64,000 nucleotides of DNA from Octopus sinensis. Taxonomy: Eukaryota. Under the pieces are notes generated by a model, which worked only from the letters and a program-made list of their open reading frames with translations, ran no database searches and was not told the origin of the DNA. Made by a program: the position numbers and the translations under genes. Positions 14,701 to 31,355 of the stretch are shown here, piece after piece. The stretch spans positions 53,878,001-53,942,000 of the forward strand of contig NC_043002.1 of the NCBI RefSeq assembly GCF_006345805.1, read 5' to 3'. The stretch's first letter is position 1; each line of letters opens with the position of its first letter.

Positions 14701-15536
14701 AAAGTAATGTAATCGTTATTTGCATTACTTTCGGCTCATCCTTGTACAATTTTAAATCATACTAACAACAGGAAATCTACCAACCTACGACAGTGTCGGT
14801 AACATCAGCTAGTTCATTTATAACAACAACGTGTACAGAGATTTATTCAATTGTTGAGGTGTACCTCGACATGCCTGAAATGCATTCGATATCTGAAATT
14901 ACCGAAAGGTCTAAACCCTATATAAATAGAAACTAAATGTTCATTGCATTGCAGTAGAAAGGAAAAAATCTCCATTAATGAACTAAATCACCGTCAAGTG
15001 AATAACTGCACGCAAATATACAAGTACATGCAATCGTATCACTTTGATTTTCTTTATTCTTGTTCCGTATTCTTTCTTTTAATCATAAGCTGTTTCGTAG
15101 TTTTATTCTAATCTTCACCCTTATTCCTATATTTTTTCTTGATTTACCTCCCTCATATACTCACCTATTTATCCAAGCGCTAACATGTTCGCTTCCAATT
15201 ACTGTCGATGCGTCCATTCCTCTTAAGTTTGTATTCTATATATTTTCCTCTCTTTATGCTTTTTCGTATTTTAATTTTGCTATCATTAACACATGAGAAG
15301 TTTCAGGAAAAGATAAGTGATCTCGTTGAACTACAATCACCTTCAAAGAAACACGACAGAGATGAAAGTTTTGGTTGACAATGTTCCTATATAGCACATT
15401 ACAAAGAATAGACTAAAATAGTTGGTCTGTAATTAATATTACGGTATTTACATCCTTCCATCCTTCCATCGATTCATCCATCTATCCATACATACATACA
15501 TGGATGCATGCATTCATGCATACATATATGCATGCA

Positions 15537-15616
15537 TACATACATACATACATACATACATACATACATACATACATACATACATACATACATACATACA
15601 TACATACATACATACA
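15537..15616. repeat. (CATA)n microsatellite near the 5' end of an R4-like fragment
   Basis: Direct reading. Confidence 0.95.
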
Positions 15617-15649
15617 TGCATGCATAAATATATACATACATGTTTCTTG

Positions 15650-16320
15650 AGGAATATTCCTTGTCTGATAACCTAGAATATATGTCCAAAGAAGACGCAC
15701 AGCTTACCGCAACATATTATCAGATGAAAGGATGAGCCTGTATCAGCAGAAGACTATGCATGAATATGTAAATAGAAACCTCTCCGAGATGACAGTAATA
15801 TTGATCATTAAAGCCGGATTACTACCTCCACTTTGAAGGTTATGCGCATGCAATCCAGGAACAAGAAATATCAACCAAATACGTGATGCTCAAAAGGGAT
15901 AGAAATGCAGGAAACGCAGTAAAATGTGACAACTGATGCAGACTTAGTGGAGTTAACACCGAAGATACCATGGATAATATATGCATTTGTCAGTACGGTA
16001 TTATCTACCGATGAGACATGATGTTTCAGCTAGGACATTCTGTTATGTTATTTGTCGGAAAGATAACCCCCGAGGATAAAGAAATAAGAACCCACAGTAT
16101 GGTAGAAGCCATAGCCACTAATAATAAAAAAAGAGTACTGGTGGAATGCCACAGGGAAGATTTCAATAAAATGTAAGCTCAACAGATCTGATATAATGAT
16201 TTGGGATAGAGAAGAGAAACTGTGCACAGTTGGGGAAATTAGTTGCCCAGCGGATGTTAACATAAAGCTGAAGATCAGTGAATAAGAGAATATCTACGCT
16301 GCACTATTGAGAAATAGTGT
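15650..16320 (+). mobile_element. R4/Dong-like non-LTR retrotransposon fragment (zinc knuckle plus RLE region), degenerate
   Basis: Nucleotide paralog of 45290-47040 (gccggattactacctcc(c)actttgaagg; cataaagctgaagatcagtga). Decayed EYWWN, DIMIWD and EISCPADVNIKLKI motifs. Confidence 0.8.
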
Positions 16321-17364
16321 TAAACTCTTACACACGCATACGCCCAGATATACACACATATGTATATATGTGGAAGTAAATGTAAGGATAAGCAAATTAG
16401 ACAGATCCATCCCTTTAATTCTCCGTGTCATCTATATCATTTGTACTCTGTGTAAGTTGGACCGTTTTATGTGTATACATATATACATATTTTTGTATTT
16501 CATGTATTTAATATACTTTATATATTCATCTGTCTAATTTACTTATCCCTATATTTACGTCTCTACCCGCTCAAGTTTAAATCTGTTGAGCACTACTAAG
16601 TCTATTCTATACGTAGAACATCTATGAACTATATGTGTATATGCGTATATATGTATGTGTTTGTGTATATCAGTACATATGTGAGTGCGATCGTGCTTGC
16701 ATTTCTCCTACACCACTCACTTTGGTTTCTTCATATGCCCCTAGTTAAGAGTTCGGCCAAAGAGAAACAAATAAGAATCAGACTTATAAAATAAGTCCCA
16801 GGGACGATTTTTCCAACAAACCCCTTCAAGGACGTGCCTCAGTATGAACTCAGTCCAAATGGAGAAACACGTAAAAACTAAAAGAATATGGATTATACAG
16901 TATGACCCAAATATGTACGTGCGTGTACTGTATATGACTTTGTGTCTGCAGATTGCGTACAAATTTGTATTGCTTCAAAGTCATTTTCTTTGGATCTATA
17001 TTTACTTTCTAACCATCATCTTTCAGACCCTTTTGAGTTAGTTCCACTACAGTTTACAATATATTCAATGTGGTCTGTGTAGACATTATCATAGATTCTA
17101 TATATTCTCTCCTTTTATCAACCAAGTGTATAGAAAACTTCAGCCAATCAGATTCATTCAACATTATCGGCATGGTTCGAGTAAGATGAGTCAGTAGAAG
17201 CTGGCTCTTACAAAACGATCAATAAGGCGAATTTACTCACAATAAAATCAGAATTGACTATTGAATATGGGTTTCATGCAAATTTCCCGACTGCTATCCA
17301 AAACATCAAAGATTGGATGACATGCTGCGCCTAACTGATTAACAATCATAATGTAGTGTTTAGA

Positions 17365-17386
17365 AGTAGTAGTAGTAGTAGTAGTA

Positions 17387-17420
<34 letters not shown>

Positions 17421-17590
17421 AAGTAGTAGTAGTAGTAGTAGTAGGAGGAGGAGGAGTAATACTAGTAGTAGTATTAGTAGTAAAAGGAAGAAGTACAGTA
17501 ATTACAGAAAGAAGAATCATGTAATGATGATCATCATGACGACGACGACAACGACGACGACGACGACGAAGAAGAAGAAGAAGAAATATA
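17365..17590. repeat. (TAG)n/(GAC)n/(GAA)n trinucleotide mosaic
   Basis: Direct reading. Confidence 0.9.
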
Positions 17591-17828
17591 CAAAAAACAA
17601 ACGAAATAACAAAATGAAGCAAAATGAATACAGTCTATGGAAATATGTTAAAGAAAGGTAAGGCGGGGAAGAGTCAGTTGCAGACACTGGGGAAGAGACA
17701 TCATTGTTCTAAGCACAATGGTCTTCACTGGAAGATGAGATAAGAGATGGGGAGACATTCTCTTATCATGTGTGTACAGGATCACTAGGAATATTGCAAA
17801 TGTTAGTTGTTTGACAATTTAGATTAAA

Positions 17829-18947
17829 GTGTACAGACGCAAGGATAGCCAGCTAGTTAAGAAGATCAATTCGCAAACATGCGTTTTCAGTTCAAACTGG
17901 GATCATGGAAAATTGTCCCACCGCCTATTACTTGTCAAGCTTCAAGCATATAGTTTCCATCCGGATATTGTACGATGGGTTGGTGCCTTCCTCTCAGATC
18001 GCTACTTCCAAGTCCAAGTTAATGGTTCGCGGTCCGACGTCTCCAGTACGAGCAGTGGCGTGCCTCAAGGTTCAGTGCTTGGGCCCTTATTGTTCTTAGT
18101 CTTCATAAATGACTTGCCCGACGACCTCAAGCAACACACCCTTCTATTTGCCGACGATGTCAAACTGGTCGCTCCTCGCGGTGATATAGAGGATCTTCGT
18201 CGATGCCTCCACCAAATTTGGAGATGGTCTAACGAATGGGACCTGTGTCTGAACGTGTCAAAGTGCTGTCATCTGCCTGTTGGCTCTCCTCCTGCAACTC
18301 AACTTGATTTCGAGCCGGGTCGTCTGCTGCTGGAGATGACCGATCAGGTAAAGGACCTGGGTATCTTGGTGGATTCCTCCTTTTCGCCTTCGGCCCAGTG
18401 CATTCATGCTGCCGACAAAGCACGCGAAATTCTGTTCTTGATTCGACAGTCATTCGGAATGCTCACAGCAGCCATATTCCTACCGCTCTATGTCACGCTG
18501 GTGAGACCCATATTGGAGTACGGGATTCAAGCTTCTTCTCCTTATCTCCTCAAAGACATACAGCATCTCGAAAGAGTCCAGAAGTTGGCTACCCGCATGG
18601 TTCTTGGTCTCAAGAATTTGTCTTATGAAGAAAGGCTGAAGACGCTCGACCTTTATTCTCTAGAAAAACGACGACGCCGTGGAGATCTCATTCTTGCTCA
18701 CAACATCATAAGCGGAAAGTGTAACCTCTCGAAAGAGCTGTTCTTCACTCCTGCTCCAGAGCGTCGGCTGCGGGGTCATTCCGATAAGCTCTATCTGCGA
18801 CGATTTCATCTCAATCGAAGGAGAGGGGCTTTCGCCGTCCGGGTTGCGGATCCGTGGAATAAGCTGCCAAACGAGATGGTGAAGATGCCGATGACCGCTC
18901 GTTTCAAAGTCTCCCTTGACCTCAAGTGGCCTGAATTCTTTACATGA
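17829..18947 (+). CDS. Retrotransposon reverse transcriptase ORF (partial; first ~27 codons are flanking DNA)
   Basis: 372-aa frame without stops; RT homology begins about 17910. Confidence 0.8.
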   Translation: MYRRKDSQLVKKINSQTCVFSSNWDHGKLSHRLLLVKLQAYSFHPDIVRWVGAFLSDRYFQVQVNGSRSDVSSTSSGVPQGSVLGPLLFLVFINDLPDDLKQHTLLFADDVKLVAPRGDIEDLRRCLHQIWRWSNEWDLCLNVSKCCHLPVGSPPATQLDFEPGRLLLEMTDQVKDLGILVDSSFSPSAQCIHAADKAREILFLIRQSFGMLTAAIFLPLYVTLVRPILEYGIQASSPYLLKDIQHLERVQKLATRMVLGLKNLSYEERLKTLDLYSLEKRRRRGDLILAHNIISGKCNLSKELFFTPAPERRLRGHSDKLYLRRFHLNRRRGAFAVRVADPWNKLPNEMVKMPMTARFKVSLDLKWPEFFT

Positions 18948-19031
18948 ACACCACCCTGTACATAACTCCATGTCCCTCTACATGGCCTTGTTTTTGCTTT
19001 TTGAGCCAAAAAATTAACTAACTAACTAACT
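17910..19031 (+). mobile_element. 5'-truncated CR1/L2-type LINE with uninterrupted RT C-terminal frame and (TAAC)n tail
   Basis: SHRLLLVKLQAY, GVPQGSVLGPLLFLVFINDL, LFADDVKL, YVTLVRPILEY, LERVQKLATRM, LEKRRRRGDLI; stop at 18947; ends ttaactaactaactaact. Confidence 0.93.
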
Positions 19032-19123
19032 ATTCACATCTTATATTGGTTTCATTCAAGTCTTTGTAAGAGGAATTTCTTAGATGAAGGTTTAGCAAAA
19101 GATAGAGAGATAGATAGCTATGA

Positions 19124-19154
<31 letters not shown>

Positions 19155-19157
19155 ATA

Positions 19158-21771
<2,614 letters not shown>

Positions 21772-21944
21772 ATGTATGTATGTATGTATGTATGTATGCA
21801 TGTATAGATATGTTTCTTTATTAGCCACACAGGGCTGCACACAGATAGAACAATTACAAGGTAGAGCTTTTCTTTTGAAGGTATTAAAAAAAAAAAAAAA
21901 AAAAAAAAGGAAGGGGGAGGTTCGATCAAAAGGGATCGTAAAAG

Positions 21945-21961
21945 ATAGATAGATAGGTAGG

Positions 21962-22055
<94 letters not shown>
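21945..22055. repeat. (GATA)n microsatellite
   Basis: Direct reading. Confidence 0.95.
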
Positions 22056-22056
<1 letters not shown>

Positions 22057-22057
22057 G

Positions 22058-23232
22058 TAGAACTAAAAGTCGGAGGGGGACGGGATAAACTACCTGCATC
22101 AACTATCTATAAAAGCAGGTAGTAATCTTACCTTATACTTATTCTTAGTGCAAGTTTTCAAAAGTGCAGTTAGATTTTAACAGTTATTTTTTCAAAACTA
22201 TATCGAAAATGACAAAGGAGTATATTCGGAAGATTTTGCTTTATGAATTCAATTTGGGGCTTGGACAATAGGCATAAGCCAGTGTCAACGGTGGTTCAGA
22301 AATTCCTAACTGCAAAGTACAGCCTAGGAGACGAGACTCATCCTGGAAGATCTGTTGAGTCCGACGAGGACGTTCTGCGAACCCTGCTGGTGCTAAAGAA
22401 CCATTGTAACTGTTGAGGAACTTGCAGAGAAGCTTGGATTTGGTCATTCAACCATTCATCAACATCTGCGTGACATCGGAAAAGTCAGCAAATTGGCACA
22501 ATGGGTTCTTCACAAACTTTCCGAGTCTAATCGCGTGCAGAGAATGAATGAATGCTCTTTTTTGCTTTCACATCTTACGAATGAATGTCTTTGGGCCCGA
22601 ATAGTGAATGAAACACTTTTGGACCGAAATAGGTTCTCTATAAAAATTTCAAGCGGTGGGATATGAAAATGTCAAGCTGTGGGATATGAAAGAATTAGTC
22701 CACTTTGCACTTTTAAACCGAAACCAAACGATAACAAAGGAGATCTACTGCGATCAATATGAGCGGCTTACGACAGCACTGGAAGAAAACCGACCATCTT
22801 TGGTTTCAAGACGAAAGGTGTTCTTCCATCAGGATAATGCTCAACCACATACAGCGAGGACGACATTTGAAAGGCTGGAGCAATTTGGATGGGAAATGAT
22901 TCCCTACCCACCTTATTTGCCGAACATTGCCCTATCTGATTATCATTTATTCTGCTGTCTTCGAAATCATTTAGACGGGAAAATATGACTTCTGTAGACG
23001 AGGTCAGAACATTACTGGAGGAGTATTTTTCGTCACGGACAAGGGCCTTGCAAGTCTACTAGAGATGGAAGAGCATTGTAGAAAATAAAGGAGAATATAT
23101 TTATGGAAAACGCTCCCGGACCGATGCATCGCTTCAAATGGAAAATACTTTGGAGGCGATAAAAGTGTAAGTATGTGAAACTGAGTGAATAAAATAATAT
23201 TGCAAAATTGCAGTTTCTTTGGGATACCCAGT
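22058..23232 (+). mobile_element. mariner transposon fossil, internally deleted
   Basis: CQRWFRNS, TVEELAEKL, QWVLHKL, HQDNAQPHT and YPPYLPNIALSDYHLF motifs; probable 3' TIR cagtttctttgggatacccagt. Confidence 0.88.
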
Positions 23233-23886
23233 CGTTTGCATGTCTCCATAGATACACACACACACACATACACACACACACACACACACATATGTATGTA
23301 AGTATGCATGTATGTATACACACGCGCATAAACGCGCGTATAGTAAAAGAGAGAGAAAGAAAGAAAGAAAGGGAGGTAGAGAGTTTGAACAGTTTCTCGT
23401 GACTACACTTATTACAGTGGGCTAAGAACTGCTATAGCTCGGTCTCTCTAGAATATCTCCACCGAGTACTTCCAGTATTTCATGACGATCACCGAACTAG
23501 TGTGCATTCGGAGAAAAATATTTTGTGTACCTTATGGCTATTGGTCACGTGCTGTTGTACGCATGCCTTTACCGTTCTTCAGTTGGTTATGTTAACCGAA
23601 AGAGGAATGCCATACTGTTGCACTCCAATGGCTTATACTAGGAAAATAATGCAGAAATATGCTTTCAGGGTATTATTTATGAAGAAGTAAAACAAAACTC
23701 GTATTAAATATTATTTCTGGTAATGGGTTAAGATTCGAATAAAACCTGATGAAAACATTAAAATGTGATTTAATTTAGGGTAATGAGGTAAGTGGAAAAT
23801 ACAAGCCATGTAGACGTATAATCAGATAGAGAGTAACATTTTCGTCGACATGAACTAATTAGGCAGATTGGAAACTATATTTAGTG

Positions 23887-23970
23887 GTATTTTAACATGG
23901 CTCATATCAAAGCGGTATTTTAGCATGGACGATATCAAAGCAGTATTTTAGTAAGTACGATATCAAAGCA
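23887..23970. repeat. 28-bp minisatellite, three copies
   Basis: gtattttaacatggctcatatcaaagcg / gtattttagcatggacgatatcaaagca / gtattttagtaagtacgatatcaaagca. Confidence 0.85.
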
Positions 23971-24239
23971 GTCCATATAAACGAGATGAGAAGAAAAGTG
24001 AAGAATAATTGCTTTGAAATAAATTTTCAAGGCCACAAAAATTTTAAAGCAGTCATTTCAATACTGATACATTTATCAGTTTCAAACATAGCAATATACT
24101 TTTTGTTTCAAGTAAAATAAAAAGAGATGCATTCAAATATAGTATATGTCGATTTTAAAACCCAATTAAGAAGTTTTATATACCACGAAATATGTATAAA
24201 AAATAAGAATGCAATGTCACGAGTAACTACTAAGTAATA

Positions 24240-24640
24240 TAAATCCCATAAATAATGAGGTTTTTTCAAGTGCAGGAACTAGAAGTCGGAGGAGGACGAG
24301 ATATACTACCTCTATCAACTTGCTATAAAAGCAGGTAGTAATTTTACCTTGTATTTATTCTTAGTGCAAGGTTTGAAGAGTGCAGTTCGATTTTAACAGT
24401 TATTTTTTCAAAGTTATAATGGAAGTGACATAGGAGAATATTCGGCATATTTTGCTTTATGAGTTCAATAAAGGCAACAACGCAAAGGAAAGTGTGAGGA
24501 ATGTTAATGCAGTGTATGGGATCGGACAATAAGCGTAAGCCAGTGTCAACGGTGGTTCCAGAAATTCCAAGCTGGAAACTAGAGCTTAGACGAAGGGATT
24601 CGTCCTGATGGATCTGTAGAGCTTGATATATTGGTTTCAC
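24240..24640 (+). mobile_element. Second copy of the same mariner family, 5' part only
   Basis: Colinear with 22058-22370; ENIRHILLYEFNKGNNAKES and SVSQCQRWFQKF; truncated by microsatellite. Confidence 0.85.
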
Positions 24641-24699
24641 ACACGAAGGCACTCATGCACGCACACACATATACACATACATGCACACACACACATACA

Positions 24700-25091
<392 letters not shown>

Positions 25092-25199
25092 TACATACAT
25101 ATATACGTACATACATAGCTAGGTGTACACACATACACACATACATGCATACAAACATACATATTCCCGAGAATATTACGCTAGACTTCGAAAAATATG

Positions 25200-26750
25200 G
25201 CAATCGAAATTCTCCTCACGATACATTTGCAGTACCAGTGCTGATTCTAACATTTATGTGACTTGACTAGTCTGTAGAAGAAATCCACTTCATAGATATT
25301 AAAACCCGCAAGTTTCTGACATGAATTGGAAATCTTTACAAAAATAGTAATACCGACAGCTCTACTCAAGAATAGATGAAGCAGGTAGAGGCTTGAGATC
25401 AGTGCAGACAGCCTATGTATGTTGTATAGTCTCCCTTTCAGGCAGCACTTGATAAAAAACAGCAGCAAACATAAAATACATTCGCTTAGTGATGAAATGT
25501 GAAGAGAACAATTTCTTACGTGCTGGAAGTGAGCTCTCTTGGAAGCAATCTCTTCCTGATAACTTCCCATATATTCCCAAATCAGCCGGACTAATATATC
25601 CCAAAGAAACCTGGATGTGAAAGGCTCTGCATAGAGAGTAATATCAACATGAAGCGAACCCTTTCTTGGACACGTGAACGCTATGTCACATCACAATTCG
25701 AAGGTTTTATATCTACAAGAACATATTGCAATTAAATACCTAATAAACAAAAGCAATAATGAATTCTTTGGGTTTTCAAGATGCAACCGAAAATGCAAAC
25801 TATGTCATATTTCTGCCCATGTAAATAGCAACTGCTAAAACATATCGTCAAGATAGTACCGCCCTATGCGACACGGCGTTGTTGCAAAAATAATATAAAA
25901 ATAATATAAGAAACATCAACACAAGGAATACTAGTGTAAGCATAACAACCGGATATTATTGTTTGGGATATTATTGTCATAGAGGTCAACGGTCCTGCTG
26001 ATGTGAATATCTCTTTGAAAATCAAAGAGACAGAGGATAACTATACTCTTTTTACTCTTTTACTCGTTTCAGCCATTTGACTGTGACCATGCTGGAGCAC
26101 CGCCGTTAGTCGAGAAAATCGACCCCAATACTTATTCTTTGTAAGCCTAGTACTTATTCTATCGGTCTCTTTTGCCGAACCGCTAGGTTATGGGGACGTA
26201 AACACACCACCATCGGTTGTCAAGTGATGTTGGGGAGACAAACACAAACACATAAACACACACACACACGTATATATATATATATATATATATACGACGG
26301 GCTTCTTTCAGTTTCTGCCTACGAAATCCACTCTCATGGCTTTGGTTGGCCCGAGGCTATAGTAGAAGACACTTTCCCAAGGTACCATGCAGTAGGAATG
26401 AACCCGGAACCATGTGGCTGGTAAGCAAGCTACTTACAAAACATCCACTCCTGAAACCTGTCGCTTCTTTATGCAGATTACAAATTTACATTTATACCAA
26501 TAATAATTGGCGCTCTTGGTTTTGTGAAAAAATGCCAAACTGACTGTCTGGATAAGCTTACAAAAAAGAATAAAAAATATATGACATCAGCCAATTAACT
26601 CGCACATTATAAACTTACAATCTGTAAGTCGAAAGGTAACGTGCCATTGCTTTCGTTATATACATTCCAACAATGAAGCTTTGTATCTTTGTTAGAAACC
26701 AGCTCCTTCCTCAGCAGAAGACTTTAAATGTTTAAAAACAGAAGAGAACA
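25200..26750 (+). mobile_element. R4/Dong-like retrotransposon 3' half, degenerate, interrupted by a SINE
   Basis: Decayed RGLRSVQTAY, YVTSQFEGFI, KCKLCH, MRHGVVAK, DIIVWD and PADVNISLKIKE; resumes at 26445 (YADYKFTFIPIIIGALG); ends in (TACA)n. Confidence 0.8.
26048..26443 (-). mobile_element. tRNA-derived SINE family S2 with internal (AT)/(GT) tract and GAGTAAAA tail
   Basis: Minus strand head gtaagtagcttgcttaccagccacatggttccgggttcattcc, CORE-like ccttgggaaagtgtctt, tail gagtaaaagagtaaaaag; other copies at 2530, 27790 and 49125. Confidence 0.8.
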
Positions 26751-27789
26751 TACATGCATACGTACATAATACATACATACATACATACATACATACATAC
26801 ATACATACATACATACATACATACATACATACATACATTGGTCAATATATTATTCTTTCACAGTTTTCAGATATTGGCCGGCGATCATGCCAGAACACCA
26901 CTTTCGAAGTTTTAGACGATCACATCAACCTATTCATTATCTCAATTTGTTGTTTATTGTATCGATCTGTTTGTCGAAATGTCAAGATTGGTTAGAAGTT
27001 CTTCGTTACACATCATTGCTGTTCTGAAATTCTCACTTCCATATGTTCTTTTAGGACATTATCTCTCAAACTGTTTTTAACTAGTAGTCTTTTGCTATGT
27101 TCTACCAATTTTGCAATGTCTCTTTATAATTCAATGAATTCGCTTTTATTGTACATACACATAATATTAATTCAGGATAATTTAGCTATAGTTACTAGCT
27201 TGATACGGGTGACTACTTATTATGGAACCTTACTATTCTAAGCGAATATTTGATGCATTACTTCTTAGTTATTGACCCAGTTCTTAGTGCCTGGCTTCGA
27301 CAAAACTCAAACACATATTTTTGTGAAAACGTTAGACTATCGGATAAAAAGCTTTGTGGTAAGTTGTTCCGTTGCTTTAACTTTTGAGTTCAAATCCCGG
27401 CTAGATCAGCTTTACTTTCATTTTTACGAAATCGATAAAATAAAGTGTCAGTGAAGTACTTCGTTCAATGATATCGACCAGCACCTCGCCTTAAAATTAG
27501 TTGAAATGTCATTTTTTATATGTATAAGTTCGCTCTTATACATATGCAGATTTCTCTGCTCTCCAGCGAAATAACATATTATTGTTTATACAGTGAGGCC
27601 CATAATGTTTCGATTGGTGGCCATTGATATGTATTATTCATTTCCCTTAATAAATGTTCTTCTAGTTGTTGTTTACAATGTTTTTTAAAATATATCCCAA
27701 AATTATGAGGCACTCTGTATGTTTAGCATCTGACACAGCAAGAATTGACAATTTCAAGCATGTACATTTTCATATTTTTATGTCTTAGT

Positions 27790-28150
27790 GGGTGCAATGC
27801 GGCCATGCTGGAGTACCACTTCAAAAGGTAAGTCGAACAAATCGATCGGAGCACCTGCTTTAAGTTTGGCACTTATTCTATCTTTCTCTTTTTACCGAAC
27901 CACTGATATAGAGGGATGTCAACGAACCAACACTGGTAACGAGGTGACAGAGGACGAGTACAGGCACAAATACACATACAAAAACATATAAATATCTAAT
28001 TACGACGTGATTCCTCGCAGTTTCCGGTTACTAAATTCATTCACAAGACATTACTCGGAAAAGGGGCAAAGCAAAACACTCATACCAAAAGTGCCGAGCC
28101 GTGGGACCGAACTCGATATCACATAGTTGCAAAGCGAACTTCTCAATCAT
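27790..28150 (-). mobile_element. Degenerate SINE S2 copy
   Basis: gcggccatgctggagtaccac and ttttaccgaacc match 26048-26443. Confidence 0.65.
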
Positions 28151-29951
28151 GTCAACCATGCCTGCTCTTATATATATATATATACTAAGTTCTGTATACT
28201 TACACAAAATGAAGCACACATACATGCGCAGTGGAAACGTGCTGGGTACATAATCTGGAAGTCAGTAGATCAAAACGACGCTCTATTATCTTCTTTGTTG
28301 GTGGTACCCCAGGATGGCCAGCTCTCTGAGCTGACGGTTATAAAAGAGTAAAAAAGTATATACGTGAGTTTGTCGACTGCGTCAAGATTAATTCTTAAAG
28401 CGTTAAAATCATTGTTACATCGACGCTATACACACGCTTTATCATCACATTACAATTCATATATATAACACTTATCGCATTTTAACTTATAATATAACAT
28501 CATAGCAGTATACAAACACGATAATAATTTATTTTCTATTTGTCAGTGATATTAAAACTAGAAATCATACTATATCCCAAAAGAAATGAAGCGAAATCTT
28601 CATTTCCATCATAATGCTATACACCATACAATATATTCTACAAACGGATCCCCAAAGAGTGTTATATTTACACAGAGCCTTAACCCGCGTGTGTGTGTAT
28701 GTATGTGTGTGTGTTCGTAGGTGTGTACATATGTGCATGTGTATGTGTATATGTAAATATATATATATATATGTGTGTGTGTGTATACATTTATTATATA
28801 TAAATATATATATGTGATATATAATATAATTATAAATATATATATAATATAATCATATATATATAATATAGATTTAGATGTATAATATACATATATAATA
28901 TAGATGTGTGTGTGTGTGTGTAAGTCTAGACATAAATATATAAGTGTATAAGTTAATATACATGGATGATAACACAATCATGAAGCGTTGCTTACGAAAC
29001 CTGTCTAGCATGCTCTTTCACGTTTCTAAAATATGAGGAAATCATCCCAGGTACTTTATTTCTCTTTCATAATTTATAACTTTGAACGGAAGCAAAATGA
29101 CTGTATGAAATAGAGCTTAAAAATTGGTAGAGAAAGAAAGAGAAATAGAGAGGAAAATATATAGAAATAGAGGGCGAGTTGTTAGTTGTCTTTAGAAATA
29201 TAACAGCATTAGAAGGATGGAAAATAATGATTGTAGAATGGGTGTGGTCTGCGGTATTTCAGAGAGGAATATAGTAGAGAATTATAGTACGAATGAGGAA
29301 AGAGTTGGGGTGGATATTAGTACATAAATCAAAGAACATTACTGAATAGTAATTCATTTTGCGAATCAATACGGAAGATGACAAAAAAGAGAAACAAATA
29401 GAATAAAGAGGCTAGATAGAAAGAAAAAATCAGAAAGACAATGGACGAATAAATTTGAAACGATAACAAGAAAAGAACTTGTGAGTGAGAGAAAATAGGG
29501 AATCGGCCAAATAGAATAGGAAATATTGATTTCTAAAATAGAAAAAAGAGACGCACATGCAGAGAAGGAGGTGCAGACGATTACATCGACAGTAGTACGT
29601 AATTTTATTGACTGGAACTTATTTTATCGATCTCTGAAAACAGAAAGGCAAAGCAAAGACAGTTTGAAATTTGGTATCAAATAACCATACTATATACCAC
29701 AATGCAGTTTATCGGAGGCTCTATAGTTCTGTGTATTTGCTGCTCCTAGAAAACACAGAATAATGAATCATAGAACAAGGGAATTTGAACTATAGAGTTG
29801 ACAGGAGCCAAAGAGAATGTGTGTAAGTGGAAAAGAGAGGAAAGAGAAAAAGTGTGAGTTGCACTGAATCGGTAGAGAGATACTACATGCCACTCCCATG
29901 CTCTTTCTTCAGAAACACATGCAAATACATATGCGCGTACACATGTATATA

Positions 29952-30171
29952 TACGAGGGGCAACTGAAAAGTTCCTGGAATTGTGTAAAAGAAAATACAG
30001 GAAGATCAAACAATTGTGGTTTTATTCAACATGTTACCCTCTCAAATTCACACACTTATTGCAGCGGTCCTCGGTTTTTCTAAGCCCTCTAAAAGAACTT
30101 GGAACGCTAGGCCTTCAACCAGGCTTTTCACGATACCCTTAAAGCTAGGGACTTTTCAACACCTCCTCATA
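29952..30171. mobile_element. mariner-type MITE (220 bp)
   Basis: Imperfect TIRs tacgaggggcaactgaaaagttcctgg vs reverse complement of ctagggacttttcaacacctcctcata; TA at both ends; no ORF. Confidence 0.7.
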
Positions 30172-30189
30172 TCTGGAGAGAGAGACGGA

Positions 30190-30211
30190 CGGACGGACGG
30201 ACGGACGGACG

Positions 30212-30249
<38 letters not shown>

Positions 30250-30385
30250 AAGACAGGCAGACAGACAGGTAGACAGACAGGTAGACAGACAGAGAGAGAC
30301 AGGCAGTCAAACAGATAGACAGACAGAAAGACAAACAGTCAGAAAGATACACAGATATATGTCTGGATAGATAGATAGATAGATT

Positions 30386-30471
<86 letters not shown>

Positions 30472-30480
30472 TAGACAGAC

Positions 30481-30548
<68 letters not shown>

Positions 30549-30570
30549 GGATAGATAGATAAATAGACAT
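30190..30570. repeat. (GGAC)n-(GACA)n-(GATA)n compound microsatellite
   Basis: Direct reading. Confidence 0.95.
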
Positions 30571-31267
30571 TAATTCCTAGTTAAAAGGAATTTTATAATA
30601 AAATAACTGAGTAATCGTATCAATAAAAGTTTTGTAGTTAATCTTAAAATTATTTAAAGATAACAGAAATAAACGCACACACAGACATATATACAAACGC
30701 ATACATACATCCAAAGCAATTGTTGATGGATTTTTTTGAAATGGTACAAATTGTAGGCGAAATTGTATTTGTTGTAGCTTGATGACTAATTGCCAATGCT
30801 TTGTTTGGTGGGTGCTGAAGTATGGCGAAGTGTTCTATCAGTCGCTATTTGGATAAACGTTTATATGTGATCAATCAAGGAGTGCGAAGTATGTTGGCTG
30901 GTGATAGGTAGGTGTGATAATTGGTTGGCTCTGCATGGGTAGATTCATGGTTAAACTTCTCAGCTGATATATGAACATCAGAAGAGGAGAAAAATAAAAT
31001 TAAATCTGGCTAAAAGCAGATATTAATAATTTTTTGAAAATAAATGTTTGGATTCATTTTGGTAGGATTAATTATTTGTTAATTTCTAACAGAAGACAGG
31101 TGTGTGGGTATTAGATTAAGTTAAGGGTGTAGGTGAATACGGCGTTGTAATTTTAGCATAAGTACATCTGTGTGCAAAAGATTTATACATATCTATCTAC
31201 CGCTCTCTCTTTCCCTCTTTCTCTCTTTCTCTCTTTCCCTCTCTCTCTCTCTCACTCTCTCTCTCAG

Positions 31268-31355
<88 letters not shown>

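Noticed and set aside
23740-23785. CTGATGA followed by a small hairpin
   Set aside because: GAAA is replaced by GATT and there is no stem I; not a credible hammerhead.
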